Shown piece by piece: positions 54,089 through 64,000 of a DNA stretch of 64,000 bases. Each line of letters begins with the position of its first letter. The first letter of the stretch is position 1. The translations under genes and the position numbers were made by a program. This DNA comes from Isurus oxyrinchus (taxonomy: Eukaryota): contig JANJGN010000026.1 of assembly GCA_026770705.1 (NCBI GenBank), forward strand, positions 35,278,001-35,342,000, written 5' to 3'. A model generated the notes under the pieces. That model was not told where the DNA came from, searched no databases, and was given only the letters and a program-made list of their open reading frames with translations.

Positions 54089-56322
54089 CTTATTGTATCA
54101 AGAAACGACTACTACTGATGTATCGGCTCATTACATCCTGAGCGAACTCCCAATGCTTATGGTGCAACTGTGGCAGATTAACGTGGCTGATTTGCGCACT
54201 TTAAGGTCACAAGAAGAGCAAAGTGTCTCAATTCCTATTGATTAATTCTTGCTGATCTTGTTTCAACCGAAGAATGTGGACCAAGGCGCACATTGTGGGA
54301 ATGATGGGAGCTTTAATGACCAACTCAACCGGTGTGAAGTGGGGAGAGATTTTTTCTTCATGGAACCACCTGAAATGTGGTGGCGGTGATTTTCCCAAAT
54401 TCTTCAAGTGCTACAGAACCTCTGAGGTAGGAAAGATGGGATCTTAAGCTGAAATGTGTGTGTGTGAGTGCACGCATCAGATTTACTGACAAGTGAAGTC
54501 CACCAAAACAAATAAATATTGTTACCTATTATGTTCAAGATTTTATTTTATTGAAAATGTATTTGCTGTTCTTTTAATGTCATTAACATTGATTGAGAAG
54601 GCATTGAGCATTCCCTCACCAAGGAATACCTCTGTTCCTAGAATTCTGTTGGAAAATGGACTAAATTATTCCAAGGATGGTGAGCATATACCCACCAGTC
54701 TCTGCGTTTCAGTGTTACGTGCTTCACTCAGCATTAAATAGAAGCTCCTGACGTAAACGTTGAGGTTGTGATAAGTTGTGCAAGTGACACTACCTGTATC
54801 TGACCTAAATTTACTCAGTTTTAAAATCCAGATTTATTATTTCCCTTGCTTGGAAAGGAATGAAACACTTGCTGCTCTCCAGCAAGTTTTACTCTATTCC
54901 TGTTATCACATTATTCCTTCTTACCCTGTTACATTCATCATTTCCGCCCCAATGTCTTCCAAACCCTCGGGTATGATTTAGTGAAATAATAGTTAAAAAA
55001 CAGCTTTATATAAAATAAAAGACCCCATGCCCCAGAGCAATATAAGTGGGACAACTGGACAGAGACTGATCCATTATCAACGAAGGCATGATCTCCAATG
55101 GGCATAAATTGCTGGGCTATGGGGAAACAGCATGGGTAGTGGAGTGGGTGGTGGGGAGTTGGGGGGGGGGGGGCGCGGGGAGACTGGGAGGCGGCTGCTG
55201 GATGGGTGGTGGGGGTGGTGAGACTGCATGAGGTAAATTCGATAGTTTTTTTTAAATGCTGGTACAATCCTGAGGAGCTGAATGACCTCCGTCCCAGCTG
55301 GGAGCACGGGTTCATTCTAGAAGTCTATGAATAATTGGCTCAATGCAACACTTTTCATTTTGCATCTATAGTTCATAAAAAGGAAAAGGGAAAAAAAGGA
55401 TATATATATATTATAGCACTTTTCACGATCACCAAAAGTCTCTGAGTGTTTTACAACCAAAAATGCACTTAGGATGTGTACTCACAGTTGTAATGTAGGA
55501 CACACCGCAGCCTGTTTGAGCACAGCAACTCCCACAAACCGCAATATGATAATGACCAGGTAATCTGCGCCTCTGCGTATTTTAAAATGTTTATTAACTG
55601 ATAAATGCTAAGGCACCGGGGATAACTCCTTGCACTTCCAGATGGAATAGTAGCATGGAATCTTTCACATCTCCTGAGAGGGCAGACGGCCCCAGTTTAA
55701 TGTCAGAGGGGAAAGTGCTGCCAACTGAGCCACTGCTGACAACCAAATTCCCTTGTGAATGAATATGACATAAAAAAAATAAATCCAGGCATCCAATGGC
55801 TCAACTTCATACATAAGTACATAGTTAAATCAGACTGAACCTGGCTCCAGAGCTACCACAAAACCTATCGTAGAGTTCCGCTGATAGGACAGGCACTGAC
55901 TGTGGGTGTACTCTTGAACCTGACAACAGAACAGCTCCTTCACTGTGTGAGTTGTACTCTAAGATCCAACAAGTTTGTAGGTCAGCCAGAACTTCACAGT
56001 AATTCAAATGGACCAACTAGCTCATTTCCCTAAACAAAAGGATATTCATTGGGCCTTAAATCGTTTCAGAATTGGTGACCATTAATAGATTGTGAAATAC
56101 CAATCGATTAGGTGTGGTGAAAGGGTTGAGGATTATTGATACAGCGAGAAACATCATTCAGTTGCAAGTCATTGATTGTATGGGAAAGTTGAAGGTTTGG
56201 ACGATGAATAGATCAAACCATTAATGGATTGAGGCACAGCTGATGTTTATTAAACACGATTATTGGCAAAAATACCAAGAAATATAAATTGTTTTGCAAT
56301 ATGGCAGCCTGGGAACACCTAT

Positions 56323-57446
56323 TGTTACGAAAATATAATAATTTCATAATATTTTTCTGGATTGTAGGAAAGTAGGTTTATGGGAGTGAGTATATTTGAT
56401 TCTGTTTATGTGATTTAAATACATTTGGAGTAAGATAGACTGCAATCTTGGAATTATCAAAAGAAGCTAGGTGTAGAAATGTGTTTGAAATGCTAACAAA
56501 TAAACATGGGTGCTGGCTTAGCATGCAAGGAAGGAAGGGAGTTTGCCTTTTTACATAAATGAAAGGAATGTATAGATTTTAAGTTCACAAGTAGCCAGCT
56601 AAGCAAGGCTAAAGAGTGTGTTTATTTTTCCCAACGGTTACTGATAATATTGGAACATGATTTTTTCTTTATTATGAGAAAGGTACCGCTCCAAATTCAT
56701 ATGGAACACGAGAATTTACATATTAAAGAGAGATAAAGTTACATAAAAGAGAATGAAAGGCTATGTGAGGCAAGGGCCATGAAAGATCTAACAGGAGTGT
56801 GTGAAACAACCTTCAAGAAACCTCTAGCCTTTTGTGCATAAGCCAGCTCTGTCCAGTAACTGAAGTTGGAGCAAACAATTTGCAATTCCACTGCCAAGTG
56901 AGTACTGGGTTAACTTGCTGGTTTTCTTTGAAATTTAAAATCACACTACCTGGGAGGGTGGTGGAGGCGGGTTGCCTCACAGCCTTTAAAAAGTACCTGG
57001 ATGAGCACTTGCCACGTCATAACATTCAAAGCTAAGGGCCAGGTGCTGGTAAATGGGATTAGGTAGGTAGGTCAGGTGTTTCTCATGTGTCGGTGCAGAC
57101 TCGATGAGCTGAAGGCCCTCTTCTGCACTGTGTGATTCTGAGATTCTGAGATTCTATGATTTTGCACTGCTGCCTTAAAGGGGGTGTGTAACTGAAGGTC
57201 AGGTTAATTCAGAATTTTAGGATTTGCTACAGAATTATGTATGTTTTTGAAATCTTTTATTTTGTCAATATATATTTTAATTCAATTTTGAAAATCTCTA
57301 AATGTCTTAGTGGAGTCGTCACCTGTGAAGGCAGTTCACTCATCTTCTCAAAATAATTACAAATTGAAAACCTTTGTAATGGCGTGACCACATTTTCCCT
57401 GTGGATTTGGTCCGCCTGGCCACATATCATCTGCTACGCCATAACA
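56323..57446. mobile_element. Probable solo LTR with a nested CR1 3' end (~56946-57160)
   Basis: TGTTA...TAACA termini about 1.1 kb apart; no clean TSD; nested LPGRVVEAGCLTAFKKYLDEHL. Confidence 0.55.
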
Positions 57447-58839
57447 CATGGATCTGGAACTATCTCTCCATTTGTCTGTCACTGTTTCTGTTAGTTAGCA
57501 CAGCGACAGTTACTCCTGATAGTGGGACATTGAACATGAATGGCAATGTGCACAGAGCAGGTAGTTATCCTCGTTAAAGGTAGAGATCCTCTTCTGCAAT
57601 GAGGGAGGATCAATTGTGTATTAAGGACCTCTGTGCTGTTTACCTAAAAAACATTTCCCCAATATGATATTAACGACCATATTAATACTTCATTTTGCTG
57701 TAGTTTTGAACATTTGCAAAGGGTTTCAAGGTATAAATTCAGAGCAGAAATTAGTGTGGAAAGGTAATTACTGAATATTCCCACATTGATTCCTCGTTGG
57801 AGGCTTCAAATCACAACACCACTTCTCTCCGATCCTAAAACGTCTCACAATGCAACTGCAACTGTATGAAAACCATGAGCTTGGACTCATATCGTCCCAT
57901 AGAGAACTGACCCTGTATTCATGTTCAGACTGTGATTCATATCACTTCAGCCACTTCACCGACTCAGTTCTGTCCAGTTCACGCACCATGCCCGATCTAA
58001 CCAGAATCGCCATTGCGGCGATCCTGAGCACATCTCATTGGAGTAGTGACCTCACCCATCCAACTCGTGAAGAATTGATTCTCTGCACGATTGTACTGAA
58101 TGGAAAGCATCTCGGGAGTGTGGTTAAAGGGGTTAAGGGCTTTTGAATTTGCGACAACAATCCGTAATATCCATCGGATATATTTCATTGTGACAATCGG
58201 TTTTCCATCAATATTTTGCGGTAAAGGAAGTCACAGTTCATGCACGTTTTTTCTGTGGTGTTCAGAATGGTGTGACTGCACCGGAATCACAGAACAGCAA
58301 GAAATTGCCATGGAAATGTGAAAAATGTATGTATTCAACTATCTGCTGTGTTTTTGCTGTGATTGAAGTAATTTGGTTGAGGATATGCTGAGTGTTTTGT
58401 TGTACGTGAAAAGGCCGCAGGTTCCACGTATTATAATCCCCGTTTCTCATCACAGTCATGAAACCGCTTTCTAACTTTGAGATGAAGATTCAGCATCACC
58501 AGAAAAGGATCATCAGTGCCGCAGGGATATCTTCAGGTTGCACTTGGTGACGTTCAGCTCGTCAGTTGTCAACAGCCAAGGAATGATCCAGAAAATCGGG
58601 AAGGACTGAAAGCACCAGACAGACACAAATTGAATAAAGGACCTGCTGCAAGTTATGGAGCAGTCAATCGTAAAGATGAAATTGTGGAACAGCATTTTTC
58701 AGGCACATCCACCCACACTCCACCGACCCATCCATCTATCTAATGAAGAGTCATACCGACACTAAACCGTTAATATTGTCTCTCTCTCCACATATGCTGT
58801 CCGACCTGCTAAGCTTTTCCAGCATTTTCTGTTTTTACA

Positions 58840-58975
58840 TCCGTCCATCCATCCATCCATCTCTTCAACCCCCGATCTGTCCATCCCTCCATCCGTCTAT
58901 CTATCCATCTATCCATCCACCCATCTGCCCGTATCTATCTATCTAACTATCTTTCTATCCATACCTCCATCTATA
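58840..58975. repeat. (ATCC)/(ATCT) microsatellite
   Basis: Tetranucleotide runs. Confidence 0.9.
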
Positions 58976-59045
58976 TATTAATTCATTTATTCGTTGTCTG
59001 TTGTTCATTATGTTTCCATGGTTAACCATGAAATAATTTCTGCAG

Positions 59046-59376
59046 TAGTGAGTTCTGGAGGTTCAGTCGGACAGTGGTCAATAGAAGCCCATTAACTGGA
59101 AGGAATCTCGATGAGCATAATTTGCATATTTTCAACTTCCGTTGTGAATTATGTTTTGCAGCTTCATCGTCAAAACTAGAACCCGGCTCCAGCTTTCGTA
59201 ATTCGGGCACATTCTTGTGGAAAGAACATTAAAGGTCGCTTTTCAGTCATTCGAAAAACACCCAATTATATAGCTGCTTTCACCTTGTTTGCGCTTCAAG
59301 TCGCTGACAACCCCGTATATTACTGTGTGCTGAGACCATCAGTGAGAAAGGCCTCGGGGCAACTCGTACTAATAAA
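59046..59376 (+). pseudogene. TCR alpha/delta-like V pseudogene with degenerate 23-RSS
   Basis: A phase-1 TGCAG acceptor is followed by one frame: VSSGGSVGQWSIEAH*LEGISMSIICIFSTSVVNYVLQLHRQN*NPAPAFVIRAHSCGKNIKGRFSVIRKTPNYIAAFTLFALQVADNPVYYCVLR. Next come CA(T)CAGTG, a 23-nt spacer (59345-67) and ACTAATAAA. It has two stops and has lost the conserved Trp. Confidence 0.85.
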
Positions 59377-59734
59377 GTGTTTTGTGAGATCAGCGAAAAT
59401 AAGCTTCATTAAATCCGGCCACCAGGTGGCGCATCAGGCCGTGGATTCCCGCCTCCTGACAAATACTTTCTTAAAATTACTTGAGGAAAAATTGCGTTTG
59501 ATCTCGTATTTATGCCCATTAGTGTGACGTTTCCTTAGAGACCCATAATTGGGCAGTTTATTTCAGTGTTAATCAACAGCCCAGCTCCAATACATTGGGA
59601 TGGGACGCCCAGTTGTTCTGTTCCCCACGACATATTCAGCCCCTTGTTTTAACTGATTTCAACTATGAAAGTTTCTGTAATTACAGAATAATACAGCAAT
59701 CCTCTAATACCTGTCGCCAGACTGTTTTCCCCAG

Positions 59735-60003
59735 ATTTGAAATGTCTGTGAACGTAACGCAGTCCTGACAGACCGGCAGAATTATATAATTTCTGTTGAG
59801 CGCGTTAGTTTTGAATTCAGCTCATTATCGTTAGATTTTACGAGTGACAACAGTGCTCGCGGCCGCTTCCCCCATAGTTCCGCTCGTTTCTTTCGCTCTG
59901 ACCTTCCTTGCTTTTCCTGTGATTTGGAAAGTTGTTTTCCACTGTTCCTGGTTTGACGTTGGTTGGATCGACAGTACAGTGCGCTGGGGATCTGTACTTC
60001 TGC
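59735..60003 (+). pseudogene. Possible highly decayed V relic
   Basis: TTTTCCCCAG acceptor, then LKC/SVNVTQS; LTLVGSTVQCAGDLYFC ends ~270 nt later. The middle is unrecognisable. Confidence 0.3.
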
Positions 60004-60039
60004 CCTGACAGAGGATTTGGCGGGCTGTCAGGGAGCATC

Positions 60040-60970
60040 ATGTGGAATTACATCACACCCGGTCCTCGTCATTATATCACTTCTTAGTAAGTATTTCCTT
60101 CCCAGAAAAAATCCGTTCTCCCCCTGACAGCTGCAACCCACGTGTTATTAATTGTAAAGTGATGCAGCTGATTTCTTTCGAGTACAAACCCATTTCCATC
60201 TGTTTCAGATGAAGTTACATTGTTTCATAGTTTGCCATTGTGAGATTTGAACTCTTGATACTCTTTCGAGTACAAACCCATTTCCATCTGTTTCACATGA
60301 AGTTACATTGTTTCATAGTGTGCCACTGTGAGATTTGAACTCTTGATACTCTTTGCAGCACAAACCCGTTTCCGTCTGTTTCAGATGATGTTACATTGTT
60401 TCATAGTTTGCCATTGTGAGATTTGAACTCTCGATCTTGGGGTTACAAACCCAGTACCATAACCACTTGGCAATTTAGGCCAAGCTCAAGTGATGCAGCT
60501 GATGATGAAGCTACTTGAAATGGTGGTGATGATGATCCTGATAATGATGACAACTACCCGACTACTTTATGTTAGGATGGAGCCATCCAGACACACTGGT
60601 CGGGTCGGTTGCTGAAATGATGCCGAAGCTGAAATGATGCCGAAGGCGGCAGTAACACCACGTGATCTGCATCTTGAAAACATATCTCCATAACCATACA
60701 AACAGTCATTCGGACTCGAAACGTTAACTGTCTTCCTCTCCACAGATGCTGTCAGACCTGCGGAGCTTTTCCAGCTATTTTTATTTTTGCTCCATAACCA
60801 GTTGTTCTGGTATAGTCAGCAGCCCGAGCAAAACATCCACAGCTCCTCAATAATCTGATCGGTGAGAATGAAAACAACAAGACAGACATTGTTGGGCAAT
60901 TCCCTTCTACATTTAACAGAACTGCCAAGATAACGGAGCTGAGGCTCTGAACTGCGACGCAGCCAAGCCC
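60040..60970 (+). pseudogene. Second TCR alpha/delta-like L-V pseudogene, disrupted by insertions and frameshifts
   Basis: Leader-like exon 60040-86 (MWNYIT./VLVIISLL, one frameshift) with a GTAAGT donor; acceptor at 60574-75. Removing the TSD-flanked insert gives ICILKTYLHNQLFWYSQQPEQ, then after a frameshift KHPQLLNNLIGENENNKTDIVGQFPSTFNRTAKITELRL. The 3' end is eroded. Confidence 0.7.
60173..60487 (-). mobile_element. tRNA-derived SINE with internal 88-bp triplication and 16-bp TSD
   Basis: Minus-strand head ..GCCAAGTGGTTATGGTACTGGGTTTGTAACCCCAAGATCGAGAGTTCAAATCTC; repeat starts at 60175, 60263 and 60351; TSD AAGTGATGCAGCTGAT at 60157-72 and 60488-503. Confidence 0.85.
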
Positions 60971-61093
60971 CACGGCAGAGATCCGGCGGATCCCGGTCAA
61001 AATTCTAGAACGAGCGGCTCAGTTAATGCTCAACAGAGGGCGCTCGAACACCGGGAAACAAGGGCAAATATTCAGCCTTCGTATCATATTCAG

Positions 61094-61360
61094 GCGGAGC
61101 CCCGTTAAAGGTGCAAGAAAACCGTAACATTCTGAAGGGGCCATGACCTCCGAGCTAAAAGGCCGTGTAAGTGGAGGACACAGCAAAGAAGCGCCGGGGA
61201 ACACCCCGCCCGGAGTTCCCAGGCAAGGTTTACACGGCAATTGTCCGGGAAGTAGAAACTTCCCATGGGCAATTGCTCTGTACTGGGAACAAACAGAAAA
61301 TACAATTTACATTGCAAACTTCGAATGGTTCCGAATGTCCGACATCAAGAGTTGCCCAGA
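61094..61360 (+). pseudogene. Possible third V-domain relic
   Basis: After a CAG acceptor, fragments in mixed frames: SEGAMTSELKGRVSG, RGTPRPEFPGKVYT, GQLLCTGNKQKIQFTLQTSN, RMSD. The WY and YYC motifs are missing. Confidence 0.4.
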
Positions 61361-64000
61361 AAAAGTTAGAATTAAAACCACTTCTAGCTTCTGAGTAACT
61401 TTGTACAGAGCCTCACTGACACCCACGAGTCTCCTTCCACACCCCCGAACTCCCAGGAAGTCCCCCCACCTCTCAGACTCCAACTCCCCCCACGGGACAC
61501 CCCCAACCCACGAACCCCAGGGGACTCCCTGCACCTCACGACCACTCTCAGCAGCCCAAACCCAGCTGCTCATATACAAAAAGTCCAGCGAATTCAGTAA
61601 ATAGACGGAGAATTTCTCACCGCCTGGCAGCGGGGGATCCTGCGGATTGTAAACGGAAGAGGGAGACGGAGAGAGAGAAGCATAAATAAAAGCAGAAATG
61701 ATATAAATAAATCAAGTTAACAAATCCAGGCAGGAAGCAGAAAAGGAGAGAATTAATAAAATTATTGAATCGTGCAATGGCATTGATTGAAAGGAAGATC
61801 TTAACATTGTCCCTGTGCACGCGAGTGCCGCCTGCTCCACGGTGCATCAGCCCCACACTTTATACCGAGTGTTTAAAACCTGAACAATGTTCCGGTGACG
61901 GTGAGTGAAACCTCTTCCTTCCGCCGCCGCCTCCACCATCACCATCGTATATCGGCTCAGTGCCTGTCTGGCCTCAATGGTTAAAGGCCTGAGAGACTTA
62001 CCTGGAAGATCAGTGAATGAGGTCCCCCAGATGAATAATTTCAGTGTCGTCTGGTCTCACTCGTTAAAGATTTGTATACCTCGTCTACAGATTAGCCCTG
62101 TGTCTGTATGCTTTCAGACACCTACACAATGCCGAATATAAAGTTGAGGTCAAGAACGATGGACGATGCATAGGGAGTTTGATAAAAATGAGACTCAGTG
62201 TGGTGATAATGCAGAGAAACACTAACAGAGGGACATAAATGAAGGTGAGATTGATAACATTGAGTGGCAGAGAGACATATTAACAGAGAGAGATGTATAA
62301 TGCTGAGGTGAGGACAGTTAGTGGTACAAATCTAGAATAGCAGAAAGGTATTAATGCAGAAATGTATTTATAAATATAAAGGCACAGAAAGTAAACAGTT
62401 GATAATGGCTATTCTCCCATATGACACTTGGTGCAGTAAACTGCGGGAAAGGGATCATCAGTGCTCTGTGTAATACAAATGGACAAGAGAGACTAACACT
62501 GACTGAAGTTATGGGATGCACACACAGTCTGTAGACTCCTCCGTGACACCAGGAAATATGAAATTTGGAGAATCCTGGGGATTTCAATCAGGAAAATGGG
62601 GATGACGCTAAAGGAAACAATGGGAAACAAAGGCAAACATTAGCACACAGCTAACAGAAAAAAAGCAAGTTAAAATGAAACAAACTCGTGGTATAGGAAT
62701 CTGAGCATCTTTACTGTGACGTGAGTGATGGTCACCTCGGTGTATGAGTTCAGTGTCTGGCTGCACACAGTTACTCTTGGATTTAGCAATACTCATTTAT
62801 TAGCGCACTATACAATCCCTCTGTTTATATTAAACCAGACGTCACCTCATTTATTACTGCACTGCACTGCATGATGTCTTAGCTAGTACTGCATTAGATA
62901 GGCCTCCACTTATGTTAGAAGAGGCCCTATTTTTGTTATTACTGACTACAATATTTTAATGCTTATGCTTATATTACACTAGACACTGTCCCAATGGAAC
63001 TACACTTGACCACATCTCACTATATATTGCATTCGTCCCTTTTTTCAGTTATTTGCAAAAGGATCCAATTCTGTCTATGTGATCCAAGGTGGTATCTCAG
63101 TTATTATTGCAAAATGTCATCTCCATTAGTGTTAGGCAACATCCTGTCTCAGTATTACTCAAGATAATGTCACTCTTGATATTACAATAGCCTGTGTCTC
63201 TGTTTACAGTGCATGAGCCCCAACCTCATTTATTGCGGCATTACTCATGTCTGTTTGCATTACACTCGGCCATCCCTGAATTACTACTGCTTAACAAGGC
63301 TTTGAAGTGTTCGATCAGCCATGATTGTATTGAATGGCGGATCAGGCTCGATGGGCTGAATGACCTTCTCCTGTTCGTATGTTCCTAAGCTTCCATATCC
63401 CATACTATTGGTATTATTCCGAAGCAGACACTAGCCACCTAGCCAAGTAAGGTAACGAGCTGCCAGTTATTCTTTGTCTATGTTGTGTACATTTGCCAGG
63501 ATATTGGTAATGTCACTGGACTCCCTCATATTGCAACCTGGGCCAGGGAAGATGCTGGGTCTGAGGCGCCGACCTTCAGATCAGAAATCTAACTGAGGTC
63601 CCGCCAGTCCATTCAGGGTGATGTTAAACAATCTCCGGAATACTGGGGTAAGACCCGGGCGCGGGGATTCTCCTGGTGTCCTGGGCCCACATTCCACCTT
63701 AAACAAGTATCACCCAATACAAACATAGGCACCGACCTCCCAGTTCATTACTGTGGGGAAAGGAAGGCGGCAGCACAACTGGCAGAAAGAAAAGCTCCCC
63801 TCCCCCACCCCTGTACACCATAGTATTGTGGGAGGGGCTTTCACATCTGGATCACAATCCAAATGTAGAGTCAGAAAATTGCAGCCTCCTTTTATAAACA
63901 TGTCTCTTATTCACATACACTTCGCCAGCGACCCAAGAACAGTGCGGTCCATCAATGATCTCAAACACACTGCCCTGTGCAAATCAACTCGATCCCCCTA

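Noticed and set aside
57664-57731. Signal-peptide-like MILTTILILHFAVVLNICKGFQ followed by GT
   Set aside because: No recognisable V exon follows; insufficient evidence.
58400-58545. GSTYYNPRF...RFSITRK resembling VH CDR2/FR3
   Set aside because: Not preserved in the 20.7-20.9 kb paralogue; no W or YYC anchors.
59120-59127. Octamer ATTTGCAT
   Set aside because: Lies within the V pseudogene coding region (Ile-Cys-Ile codons); likely coincidental. The copy at 29883 has no associated gene.

Overview
Cartilaginous-fish (shark-type) genomic DNA, not prokaryotic. The left third holds an apparently intact, unrearranged IgM heavy-chain minicluster on the minus strand: leader 18178-18223, VH 17747-18051, D1 17297-17310, D2 16908-16920, JH 16464-16511, Cmu1 5617-5916, Cmu2 5090-5404, Cmu3 4157-4468, and Cmu4 plus secretory tail 3051-3442. 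Its RSS pattern is V23/12-D1-22/12-D2-12/23-J; no transmembrane exon was found in the window. The rest is mostly retroelements (CR1, RTE, Penelope, SINEs, a probable solo LTR) and an ~11.5 kb satellite of 54 bp (2x27 bp) units. The main finding is absent from the ORF track. At 59.0-61.4 kb there is a closely spaced array of decayed T-cell-receptor alpha/delta-like V segments; one is full-length with a 23-RSS relic, and another is recoverable once a TSD-flanked insertion is removed. This region is the right arm of an old inverted duplication (~19.7-28 kb vs ~49-59.4 kb) centred on the satellite. The left arm carries a matching TCR-V relic ~1.5 kb upstream of, and co-oriented with, the IgM VH leader. 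The IgM cluster therefore appears to sit within or next to a dead TCR V array. All alignments were made by eye; no database searches were run.
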